Assembly (NCBI GenBank): GCA_036170655.1
Contig: JAVHPP010000180.1
Location: forward strand, 1 to 25,156
Reading direction: 5' to 3'
DNA from: Candidatus Zixiibacteriota bacterium
Lineage (GTDB): Bacteria; Zixibacteria; MSB-5A5; WJJR01
DNA length: 25,156 nt
Positions 8,042 to 16,756 of the stretch are shown one piece after another. Positions within the stretch are counted from its first letter, which is position 1. Each line of letters begins with the position of its first letter. Made by a program: the position numbers and the translations under genes. The notes under the pieces were generated by a model, which saw nothing but the letters and a program-made list of their open reading frames with translations, was not told where the DNA came from and made no database searches.

Positions 8042-9076
8042 ATGAAAGGTCACAGGAACTTGAGATCGCTGAGCATCTGCATCGCCGTGCTCGCCGCGAT
8101 TCTGGGCGCCACACTGTTGTGGGCCAGCAACGCGGAATCGCTGGACAAGGCACAGCAGCTATACAACGAGGGAAAGTTCGGCGACGCCATTGACCTTCTG
8201 GCGGGGCTCGCCAAGGACCCATCCCTGTCGGCAGCCGACGCGAAGACAGCCTATCTGCTGCTGGCCAAGGCGTCGGCCGGGAAAAACTTCCTGGATCAGA
8301 CCGAGATCTACCTGAAGAAGGTTCTCGAGATCGATCCCCAGTTTCAGTTGAACATCAAGATTGAACCGCCGCAGTTGCGCAATGTCTGGTTCAAGGTGGA
8401 TGAAGAGCGCAAGAAAAACGGCCCCCCGGAGAAGCTCGATCCGGGTGTCAAGACGCTGGCGATTCTCTACTTCGAAAACAACTCGATCGTCGATAAGCAA
8501 ACGCTCGATCCCTTGTCCAAGGGGCTGGCGGCGATGCTGGTGACCGACCTGGCCAAGATCAGCGGGTTGCAGGTTGTCGAGCGGGAACGCATCCAGTACA
8601 TTCTCGACGAGATCAAACTCGAGCAGTCGGAGTACTTCAACGAAAAGAGCGCGGTCCGTGTCGGAAGACTCCTCGGCGCCCAGTCTCTCCTGATGGGCGG
8701 GTTTATGAAGACTGGCAAGAAGACGATGCGCATCGACGCCCGTCTTATCAAGACAGAGACCGGGGAATTGATCAAGGCCGACAAGGTCGAAGGCAACCCC
8801 AAGGATCTGGCCAAATTGGAAAAAGAACTGGCGCTCAAGGTGGCGTCGGACCTGAGCATCGCGGTCGCGGAGACGCAGAAGACGGAGATTCACGCCGACG
8901 CTGGGCAGCCCATCGAGGCGGTTCTGGCTTACACCCGCGGCTTGAACTATGAGGACGAGCAGAAGTACGCGGAGGCATACGCGGCTTACAAGCAGGCCTT
9001 GGCGGTCTACCCGAATTTGCATGCGGCCAAGGACCGGATGAGCGCGCTCGGTCCGCTGGTAGTGGTCGGCGGTTGA
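8042..9076 (+). CDS. Secreted TPR plus CsgG/HfaB/FlgO-like domain protein (344 aa)
   Basis: Start placed at ATG 8042 after the AAGGAGGA RBS. Signal peptide, N-terminal TPR-like helices, core TLAILYFENNS...KGLAAMLVTDLAK...LQVVERERI...VGRLLGAQSLLMGGF...RIDARLIKTETGELI, and a C-terminal TPR. Confidence 0.8.
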   Translation: MKGHRNLRSLSICIAVLAAILGATLLWASNAESLDKAQQLYNEGKFGDAIDLLAGLAKDPSLSAADAKTAYLLLAKASAGKNFLDQTEIYLKKVLEIDPQFQLNIKIEPPQLRNVWFKVDEERKKNGPPEKLDPGVKTLAILYFENNSIVDKQTLDPLSKGLAAMLVTDLAKISGLQVVERERIQYILDEIKLEQSEYFNEKSAVRVGRLLGAQSLLMGGFMKTGKKTMRIDARLIKTETGELIKADKVEGNPKDLAKLEKELALKVASDLSIAVAETQKTEIHADAGQPIEAVLAYTRGLNYEDEQKYAEAYAAYKQALAVYPNLHAAKDRMSALGPLVVVGG

Positions 9077-9160
9077 CGATAGCCGATCCGCCGGCTGGAC
9101 GGATGTGAACGTCAGACAAACCGATTGACAGACCGGGAGAGACGGGGTATCACTTTCGCT

Positions 9161-10504
9161 ATGCAATCTCACTGGGCTCGTATCGTTGCGCGTGTCATTG
9201 CCATCGGGGCGCTATTGATCGCCCTGCCGATCCTTGTCAGCGGCTGCGCGGCCTCCGGCGACCGGATGATCGGGCGGGCCATGCGCTCCGGGGACTGGAA
9301 TGAAGCCGTGCGGCTCTTGACTGCGGAGAGTGTCAGGAATCCTAATGATGCGAAAGTCTGGGCCCGTCTGGGGGAAGCCCAGTACAACACGGGGCATGAT
9401 GCCGAGGCCGAGGACGACCTGAACAAAGCGTTAGTGCTGGACGAGACGATGTACTCGGCGCACTTGTTCCTGGGATATGTCGCGGAGCGGCAGGAGAATC
9501 TCGACAGAGCCCTTTGGCACTACCAGGTTTTCGTTGACCACAAACCGAAGACAACGGCGGCACGGGACACACAACGTCGCATCGAAGCCCTGAAGCAGGC
9601 GCGGGCGGAGGCATTCGCCCAAAAAGCGCTGACAGACGAACAACACCTCTCCCCTGCCTCGTATCCCGACTCGAGCATTGGCGTAGTCTACTTCAACGGC
9701 GAACGCCTGCCCGACACATTACGGCCGCTGGCCAAAGGCCTGGCCGAAATGATGGTGACCGATCTGTCGAAGATACCGTCGCTCATGGTGGTCGAACGTC
9801 TGCGGGTCGAGAAACTCATCGAGGAGATGAATCTCTCCAACACGTCGGCGTTTGATTCGACGACGGCGCCGCGCATGGGCAAACTGCTGGGCGCCGCGCA
9901 CCTGCTGGGCGGCGACGTGGCGGGGATGCCGAAGAATCGCGTCCGTGTTGATCCGCAGATCGTCAATGCGAGGACCGGAGAAGTTGCGCTCCCCGGCGAG
10001 CATGTCGGCGGACTGTCGGGCATCATGGGAATGGAAAAGGATATTCTGTTTTCGGTCTTGAAGAAACTTGGCATCAAGCTGACAGCGGAACAACGGAGCG
10101 AACTGAGCAAGGTTCCCACCGACTCGCTGGCCGCATTTCTCGCGTTTTCACGCGGGCTGGATTACCAGGATCGCGGCCTGTACGACAAGGCCGAACGTGA
10201 GTTCTCGCGCGCGGTCACAATCGATCCCTCATTCCAGATCGCCAGCGAGCACGCAACCGAAACCCAGTATCTCAGCGGCAGTTCACCCGCTCCTCCGCAG
10301 AATCTCGAGACCTTCGCGGCCCAGACATCGGCGCAGACCGAGTGGCAGGCGGAAGCGCCCAGCACCGACTTGATGCTCGGGGCGATTCTGAACAACACGG
10401 CGATGATCCGTCCCGTCGGAACTGAAACCACGCAAGACGATCCCAACACGCCTCCGACCCCTGGAGCGGGCACGGTCATCGTCAATGGGCATTTCGATGA
10501 ATAG
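9161..10504 (+). CDS. TPR plus CsgG/HfaB-like domain lipoprotein (~447 aa)
   Basis: Lipobox LVSG-C and several TPRs (VWARLGEAQY...; AHLFLGYVAE). Paralogous core IGVVYF...KGLAEMMVTDLSK...LMVVERLRV...MGKLLGAAHLLGG. ATG 9161 is preferred over the TTG at 9125. Confidence 0.8.
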   Translation: MQSHWARIVARVIAIGALLIALPILVSGCAASGDRMIGRAMRSGDWNEAVRLLTAESVRNPNDAKVWARLGEAQYNTGHDAEAEDDLNKALVLDETMYSAHLFLGYVAERQENLDRALWHYQVFVDHKPKTTAARDTQRRIEALKQARAEAFAQKALTDEQHLSPASYPDSSIGVVYFNGERLPDTLRPLAKGLAEMMVTDLSKIPSLMVVERLRVEKLIEEMNLSNTSAFDSTTAPRMGKLLGAAHLLGGDVAGMPKNRVRVDPQIVNARTGEVALPGEHVGGLSGIMGMEKDILFSVLKKLGIKLTAEQRSELSKVPTDSLAAFLAFSRGLDYQDRGLYDKAEREFSRAVTIDPSFQIASEHATETQYLSGSSPAPPQNLETFAAQTSAQTEWQAEAPSTDLMLGAILNNTAMIRPVGTETTQDDPNTPPTPGAGTVIVNGHFDE

Positions 10505-11651
10505 GCCACGGAGAGCCATTACCTGTTTCCTGATGTTCGCAGCGGCGACGGGCGCGGGGCGGGCCGATGCCCAGATCGTTTACGGCCAGAAGTCCTCGGT
10601 TATGCAGAGCCTGACATACCTGTCGTGGAGAATCTCAGGCGATACCAGTCTGACGTTATCCCAATGGTATGTCCCCGTGTATGTCAGAGGGGCGATCTCC
10701 AGCGGGTGGGACCTGTCCATTTACTCAGCGGTATCCGGCACGAGCACCAAACCAACGACCGCACAGGGCGAGATTACGGGTGTCAATGATTCGCGTATTC
10801 AGTTGTCGCATGCGATGGCCGACGACCGCATTCTGCTGTCGGCCGGAGTTTCCCTGCCAACCGGTCAGACAAAGCTGACGCCGTTGCGACGCGCGCTTCT
10901 CCCGTGGCTTTCCGCCGATTTCTTCAACTTTCCGCTGAAGACACCCGGGGAGGGACTGAATCTCTTTGGCGAACTTGGCGTGGCCGCACCCCTGTCCGGG
11001 TGGACCATGGGCATGGCAGGCGCAGTATACTATTCTGGAAAATATGAGCCATACGATGACAGGCGCGAGTACCAGCCGGGTCTGCGTGTGGTCGGCACCG
11101 TCGGCCTGCATCGTGACTGGCCCCATCGCGGGCATTTGGGCGCAGACCTCATCACGGTCTACTCGGCAGACGACAAGGTTGACGGCCTCGCGGTCTTTGG
11201 CGACGGCATCCAGTTCGACATACGCGCGGCCGGAAGCCGCATGTCCACCCGTGGCCGCATCGAAGCGGCGTTGCGCTTCATCGCCCGCGGCAAGAATCGC
11301 CGTTTTGATGCCGGAAATGCTGATCTGGTGCGCGAGCGGAACAACACCAATGGGAACGACCTGCGTGCGAATCTGGCGTTGCACCACGTTCTGGCCGGAC
11401 GTCTCCAGGGCTGGGTCACGATTGACGCGAAAATTCTCGCCGCCAACGAGTACGGTCTCGGAAGCCCGTTGTATGAAGGCGCATCGCGGATCTACGGATT
11501 CGGCGGGGGGATTGATCTCGGGTTCGGTTCAGGGGTGATTATGGGGCTGGGAGGCCGCTATTGGACAGGGTCGTCTGATGGCTCGGGCGCATTCAAGTCC
11601 CTCGACCTTTCCGGATTCGAGATCATCCAGCGTCTCACGCTGACGTTGTGA
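10497..11651 (+). CDS. Putative outer-membrane beta-barrel protein (~384 aa)
   Basis: Signal peptide ending ADA-Q, and alternating hydrophobic/polar strands rich in Gly and aromatics throughout. The GVND...LSAGVSLPTG motif resembles MetA-pathway/COG4313 channels. The start overlaps the upstream stop. Confidence 0.65.
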   Translation: MNRPRRAITCFLMFAAATGAGRADAQIVYGQKSSVMQSLTYLSWRISGDTSLTLSQWYVPVYVRGAISSGWDLSIYSAVSGTSTKPTTAQGEITGVNDSRIQLSHAMADDRILLSAGVSLPTGQTKLTPLRRALLPWLSADFFNFPLKTPGEGLNLFGELGVAAPLSGWTMGMAGAVYYSGKYEPYDDRREYQPGLRVVGTVGLHRDWPHRGHLGADLITVYSADDKVDGLAVFGDGIQFDIRAAGSRMSTRGRIEAALRFIARGKNRRFDAGNADLVRERNNTNGNDLRANLALHHVLAGRLQGWVTIDAKILAANEYGLGSPLYEGASRIYGFGGGIDLGFGSGVIMGLGGRYWTGSSDGSGAFKSLDLSGFEIIQRLTLTL

Positions 11652-11688
11652 TGGTCTTCGCATAACACGATGACACCGGAGAATCTCC

Positions 11689-12918
11689 GTGCACCGGGCC
11701 AAGTTCATCGATTCAATTGTTAGAGTGCTACTTCTTTTGTGTCTTGCCGTTCTGCCTACCATTGGTGTGACCAGCGCATCGGAAGGCGCACCCCGTCGTA
11801 CCGCTCAGAAGCCAAAGAGAACGCCGCCAGACACTGCGGTCATTGCCGTCAAACCACTCCCGCCTCTCCTGCCCTTCGCACGTTTGGAGCAGTGGGAGCA
11901 GCAGACGACCCCGGATTCCGGCAGAGCGACGGAACTGACCGGACCGGCAGCCAATTCGGTGCTGACACTGTGCCGGTACTTTGGGATTGGATTCGACGTG
12001 ACGTCCGTGTATCGCACCAGTCTTTCGCCTTTGGAATGGCCGCTCGTGTTTGCGAAAGACATGCCCAACCCCCGTCGGCAAAGGCGCGAGATCGAAGATC
12101 TGCTGCGGTTCAATGGCCTGCGATATCACGCCATCGTGACGGAAGAGACGGGCGGGATGGCGGATGCACTGGCACGTGGAATCGCTACCGGAGCGCCGGT
12201 GTTGCTGAATGGGCCGGGGGCGCCAATTATCTACGGATATGATCGCCGGGAAACCGACCCGTGGTGGTGGACACAGATATCGGACCGCCGGGAAATCCTC
12301 TACGAATCGGAGCGCGTCAAGAATCTCGTTTACTGGACCGACGAACCATCGGCGAACCTTGCGTGGGTCGTGACTGGTCCCGACAGTGGCACCGGCGTGG
12401 CCACGGCGGTCCAGCCCAATGACTACGCATGGCTCACATCGGTGAGCGCATCCGTGACTGGGAGCGAGGCTTCGGGGGTCAGCGCCTACCCGTTGTCGAT
12501 TCGCGCCTTCCACGATCGGCTGGTGACAGCCAGGACACTGCCTGAACTGCGGCAACCGGCAACCATGACTGACCCGCTTGGCATACGGCGTGCCCGCGCC
12601 GCGCGGGACTTCGCGGTCGCCATTCTGGAGCACCTATCGGCCATGGCGCTCGATACCGCGCTCTCCCAACCGCTCCATCTGACCCTGTATTTCTACCACA
12701 ATGCCACACTGTCGCTCGACCGGCTGGACTCACTATTGTACAGTTCGCAGCAGCAGGGCGATATGATCGCGCTCTGTCAGGCCAATTGGGCAAACACCGC
12801 GCGGCGGGAAAAAGCGGCAACCGCGCTGACCGAATTGCTCGAGTGGGAGAAGCAGGCGTCCCAACAGGTCACCGTTGCGCTGCAAGTGCAATTGCAGTCA
12901 AAGAACAAACATCGTTAG
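11689..12918 (+). CDS. Secreted hypothetical protein, possibly a catalytically degenerate papain-like (C39/BtrH-N-like) fold
   Basis: GTG start after GGAGA and a signal peptide. Segments TGPAANSVLTLCRYFG and IATGAPVLL...IIYGYD echo the C39-like pattern but lack the catalytic Cys and His. Confidence 0.6.
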   Translation: MHRAKFIDSIVRVLLLLCLAVLPTIGVTSASEGAPRRTAQKPKRTPPDTAVIAVKPLPPLLPFARLEQWEQQTTPDSGRATELTGPAANSVLTLCRYFGIGFDVTSVYRTSLSPLEWPLVFAKDMPNPRRQRREIEDLLRFNGLRYHAIVTEETGGMADALARGIATGAPVLLNGPGAPIIYGYDRRETDPWWWTQISDRREILYESERVKNLVYWTDEPSANLAWVVTGPDSGTGVATAVQPNDYAWLTSVSASVTGSEASGVSAYPLSIRAFHDRLVTARTLPELRQPATMTDPLGIRRARAARDFAVAILEHLSAMALDTALSQPLHLTLYFYHNATLSLDRLDSLLYSSQQQGDMIALCQANWANTARREKAATALTELLEWEKQASQQVTVALQVQLQSKNKHR

Positions 12919-13319
12919 GGCGAAATGCGGGCCGACGTCTGCGCATCCTCGGCGATGACCATCGCTGTAGCGTGGGTACGATCGTGGGTGAGACTGACAG
13001 CGATGCGGGCAATGTGACGCGCATCGGCCAGGCGTCTCGCATTGTTGTGAAGTTTAATGCTGGGCGCACCGGCTAAACCACGTTCGACTTCGATGTCGCG
13101 AAAGCGTATTCCGCTCCCCCATCCCAGCCCCAAGGCTTTCATGGTCGCTTCCTTGGCGGCGAATCGCGCTGCCAATGACGCGGCCGGGTCCGGACGGGAC
13201 AGACAGTACGACCACTCGCCATCAGTGTAGACACGGCGCCGAAAGCCTTCGCCATGACGTTGCCATGAGCGCCGCACCCGGTCGATTTCGATGCGGTCGA
13301 TGCCAATACCGGCAATCAT
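12915..13319 (-). CDS. acpS: Holo-[acyl-carrier-protein] synthase
   Basis: MIAGIGID, LAARFAAKEATMKALGLG and VSLTHD motifs; 134 aa. Confidence 0.97.
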   Translation of the reverse strand: MIAGIGIDRIEIDRVRRSWQRHGEGFRRRVYTDGEWSYCLSRPDPAASLAARFAAKEATMKALGLGWGSGIRFRDIEVERGLAGAPSIKLHNNARRLADARHIARIAVSLTHDRTHATAMVIAEDAQTSARISP

Positions 13320-13433
13320 TGAGCGCTCGCAGCAAGAAGTCCGGCAGGCCCAAGAGGCGGACTATTCAAGTCCGGCTACTCACCATGTCCCGCTCATGAG
13401 TCCAGTTGATGACGGAGTGAGAATGCCGACCCG

Positions 13434-14396
13434 TCACGGCCGGATCTTCGTCGTGTCCTGTTGAACAAGTGTCTCGTAGCGCCCCAGCAGGCGATCATAC
13501 GAACCCTTGAAGAAGATATAGACTGGCCGGGGATGGCCGGGACGCATGGCATAGCTGCGATTTTCGTTCTCGGCGAAGCGATTCCACACCAGGGTGTCGG
13601 CATGCCCGTCTGTCGTATGAACGATCAACTGCAGGCCCAGCGTATCGAACGTGGGCACGCCATAATTGCCTTCCGGCGGGAATGCATCGGCCCGGAGAGG
13701 ACTGAGGCGGCGGATTTTCAGATTGGCGATGCTGGTATCCACCGGCATGGGACTGGCGATGCCCGGCTTCCAGACCACCCAGTCACGGTTGGGCGTTCGC
13801 AGCAGACGGGTCTCGCCCCGGTCGGGCTCGATCCAGATGATCGTGTCGATCAGCGCAGAATCCAGATCAAAGATGACCGGGGAGCGCCACTCCGATGGCG
13901 CCTTCGTGTAGACCTGCGCAAACTCGCCGCGGGCCATGAAGACAGAGTCCGACGCAAGACGGCGAACATAGGTGTGACGCATATCGCCCGAGATTTTCCC
14001 CAGCACAAACGCCGCCAGCGGGCGGCCTCCGGCAAACGTCTTCAGTATCGTGCCATGCAGCGTGTCGACATTAAATTTGTCGAATTTTTCGGCATGGGAC
14101 GAGATGACATTTTCCAGCACCATCTCGTTATTGGTCCGGAGGACTCTGGCAATCTTCTCTTCATCGGCAAGATAAGTTTCATCGGTGGCGAACACCACCC
14201 AGCGTCCGTTGCGACGGGCGAGATGGGTCCAGGTCGCGAACTTGACGGCCAGGGAATCCACGGCAAGAGAATCGGTCCAGAAGAAATCGCGATGCTCAGG
14301 GACAGACAGCGCGCGCCGCTCGGCGGACGTGTAGAAGAACCAAGCGCCCCACAAGACGACGAGTAATCCTGCCAAGTACAGCAACTTCTGTTTCAT
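13434..14396 (-). CDS. DUF4340-type membrane-anchored accessory protein of the Gld-like ABC system
   Basis: Single N-terminal TM, pattern FVLGK...TYVRR...VFMA...WRSPVIF, and the usual position downstream of a GldG-type gene. Confidence 0.7.
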   Translation of the reverse strand: MKQKLLYLAGLLVVLWGAWFFYTSAERRALSVPEHRDFFWTDSLAVDSLAVKFATWTHLARRNGRWVVFATDETYLADEEKIARVLRTNNEMVLENVISSHAEKFDKFNVDTLHGTILKTFAGGRPLAAFVLGKISGDMRHTYVRRLASDSVFMARGEFAQVYTKAPSEWRSPVIFDLDSALIDTIIWIEPDRGETRLLRTPNRDWVVWKPGIASPMPVDTSIANLKIRRLSPLRADAFPPEGNYGVPTFDTLGLQLIVHTTDGHADTLVWNRFAENENRSYAMRPGHPRPVYIFFKGSYDRLLGRYETLVQQDTTKIRP

Positions 14397-14429
14397 TCGC
14401 TTTGCACCAAACGGTCTTCCGTGATACCG

Positions 14430-16007
14430 TTAATCTCTCTTGGCCCGGCGGCGTGTCTGCCAGCGCAGAACGCCGAAGACGATCACCAGAATGGGAGGTC
14501 CAAACACGTTGGCGAATTTCACGGTCCGGCGTGTGCCATCCGAGACGTCGTTGAGCGGCCGCGAGGCCACAGCCCGGGAACGGATGGTAATCAGACCCTC
14601 CTCCTGAGTTAGCCAGTCAACCGTGTTCAGGAAGAACGCCGCATTGGACGGATTGCGCATCGATTGGTCGGTAAAGAACTCGCCGTCGCCGACAACGACG
14701 AGCCGTGTCGCCGGGCTTTGCTTTCGCGTGGGCACAACAACGACGGACTGAACGGCGCTGTCCGGCGCAGGGCCATCCGGGAACGCGGTCTTGACTCCAC
14801 CCTGAATCGTACCGGCGAGAATCTGGTAAGGTTTGTTGAAGTCTTCGCGGTGGAATTCCTGCATGGGGCTGATATAGTAGGGCGCGCGGCGCACGCCGGA
14901 GTGTTCGGACGACCAGCAGATTGTCTCGAACTTCAGCCCCAGCGAATCGGCGAGCGTGGAGTCGACCGGACTGACAAAGGGGAAATCGACGGCCTCGAGA
15001 TCCTTGCCGATCAGGTTGTTCTTATTAAAGTTGAAGGCCTGCGGCAGGAAGGGGTAGTCTACGACATTCTGAATACGGATGTACCCTTGTTGCTGCATCA
15101 CGGCGATGCGCGCATTGCGGGCATCGATCACCAGGGCCGGCTGCACGCGGACACCGTAATGAGCGAGAAAGTGCGGCCAGTTCGTTTCGCGATTTCGCGC
15201 CTGCTGCGTCCGCAGGTCCACCGACACCGGATCGTAGAAAACTGCGAGCTTCCCGCCGCCCATCAGATACTGGTCAATGGCATATTGGCTCCACGGCGAG
15301 ATGGAGTCCGTCGGACCGGCGATGACCAAGGCCGACAGGGTGGAATCGATCAGCCGGCCCGGCTCGATGGTGACCGGGCGCACATCGTAGAGTTTGCTCA
15401 AAGCCTCGTAGCCGCTGCGGAATTGGTCACTGGCGCTGGTCTCACCATGCCCTCCCAACAAGCCGACTGCAGGAGTCTTCTGGGCGGTAATCTTCTTGAT
15501 CGAGCTGGAGATCTCATATTCGAGGTTGGCGGTTGATTGCACAACGGGAAGAACCTCTTTCTTGTCTTCATACAAGAACACCACGCCCATGTAAACTTTC
15601 TTCAGCTCGATCTTGTCCTTTTCATAGGCGTTGACCTGAACGGGCGGAACGCCGGCGGCCTGCGCTTCTTGTTCCCGGTTGTCACGCACTGGATCGATGA
15701 ACTCAAAGCGCAATTGCCCACCAGAGTAGGCACGGTATTCATAGAGCTGGTCCTTCAAGTAGCGGGCGTTGGCGTTGTACGGCACCGGCAGGTCGCTGGT
15801 GAAGTACAGCTTGACGACCACCGGATCGTCCAAGGACCGCGCCAGACGTTTGGATGCATCCGAAAGCGAGTACAGCCGGGAACTGGTCAGGTCGAAACGC
15901 ACGAAGAAAGCCAACGCCAGCAGATTGATGACAATCACGATGCCAATGACCAACGGCACTGATGTCAGCGAGCCCAAACCTCTTTGGAGACTACGACGCA
16001 ACGTCAT
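14430..16007 (-). CDS. GldG-family ABC transporter auxiliary component
   Basis: RFDLTSSRLYSLSDAS, FEFIDP, LEYEISSSI, GHGE, LVIAGP, IDQYLMGGGK, RLVVVGD and FFLNTVDWL motifs, with N- and C-terminal TMs. Confidence 0.92.
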   Translation of the reverse strand: MTLRRSLQRGLGSLTSVPLVIGIVIVINLLALAFFVRFDLTSSRLYSLSDASKRLARSLDDPVVVKLYFTSDLPVPYNANARYLKDQLYEYRAYSGGQLRFEFIDPVRDNREQEAQAAGVPPVQVNAYEKDKIELKKVYMGVVFLYEDKKEVLPVVQSTANLEYEISSSIKKITAQKTPAVGLLGGHGETSASDQFRSGYEALSKLYDVRPVTIEPGRLIDSTLSALVIAGPTDSISPWSQYAIDQYLMGGGKLAVFYDPVSVDLRTQQARNRETNWPHFLAHYGVRVQPALVIDARNARIAVMQQQGYIRIQNVVDYPFLPQAFNFNKNNLIGKDLEAVDFPFVSPVDSTLADSLGLKFETICWSSEHSGVRRAPYYISPMQEFHREDFNKPYQILAGTIQGGVKTAFPDGPAPDSAVQSVVVVPTRKQSPATRLVVVGDGEFFTDQSMRNPSNAAFFLNTVDWLTQEEGLITIRSRAVASRPLNDVSDGTRRTVKFANVFGPPILVIVFGVLRWQTRRRAKRD

Positions 16008-16030
16008 ATCACACCGTTATTCCGCCACTC

Positions 16031-16756
16031 CTACTTCCACTTTCGCGACTCCAGTGACCGTACAGCAAGAAAGAGAAACAGACCGATGAGCGTGACGTAG
16101 TATAAGAGATCACGCGTGTCGATCACTCCCCGCGCCAGATTCTCGAGATGATAGGTAACCGACGCGTACTCCAGAATGGAGGCGAGACCCGGCGGGAAAA
16201 CCATGGTCACTTTGTCGAGCATGAAGAATAGAAAGATCAAGACGAACCCGGTAATAAAGGCGATGATCTGGTTGGGCGTCAGGGCCGATGTGAAGATTCC
16301 AATCGCGAGATAGCTGGCGCCCATCAGCAGCAGTCCCAGGTATCCGCCAAGCATGGCGCCGCCATCCGGTTTGCCCATTAGCATGAGCGTCAGCGGGTAC
16401 ACACAGGTCAGGGCGAGCGCTATGGCCAGAAGGATCAACGCCGCCAGGTATTTGCCCAGCACGATTTCCACATCGCGCACTGGCAGCGTCACGAGGAGCT
16501 CAATGGTGCCGGACTTCTTCTCCTCGGCAATCGACCGCATCGTAATCGCCGGGATGAAAAAGAGAAAAACCATCGGCACAATAGCCGAAAACACGTCACG
16601 CAGGTCCGCCTGATTCGAGAGAAACAGATTGGACGCAAAAAACCACCCGGTAATGACGAGGAACAAAGTCAGGATCACGTAGGCAACCGCCGAGTTGAAG
16701 TAGCTTCTCAACTCTTTCTGGGCAAAGGTCCACGTGTTGGCAGCGAGTGTATTCAT
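16031..16756 (-). CDS. ABC-2 type permease (GldF-like)
   Basis: KELRSYFNS, IPAITMRSIAEEKKSGTIELLVTLP...IVLGKY and NQIIAFI motifs; six TMs. Confidence 0.93.
   Translation of the reverse strand: MNTLAANTWTFAQKELRSYFNSAVAYVILTLFLVITGWFFASNLFLSNQADLRDVFSAIVPMVFLFFIPAITMRSIAEEKKSGTIELLVTLPVRDVEIVLGKYLAALILLAIALALTCVYPLTLMLMGKPDGGAMLGGYLGLLLMGASYLAIGIFTSALTPNQIIAFITGFVLIFLFFMLDKVTMVFPPGLASILEYASVTYHLENLARGVIDTRDLLYYVTLIGLFLFLAVRSLESRKWK

Noticed and set aside
6742..9172. Minus-strand ORFs of 425 aa (6742-8019) and 337 aa (8159-9172)
   Set aside because: They lie antisense to the kinase and TPR/CsgG-like genes and have low-complexity shadow composition.
13320..13433. Hairpin GGACT-attca-AGTCC upstream of acpS considered as tRNA-Sec or a small ORF
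   Set aside because: No cloverleaf, T-loop or acceptor stem is present, and the candidate reading frames stop within a few codons.
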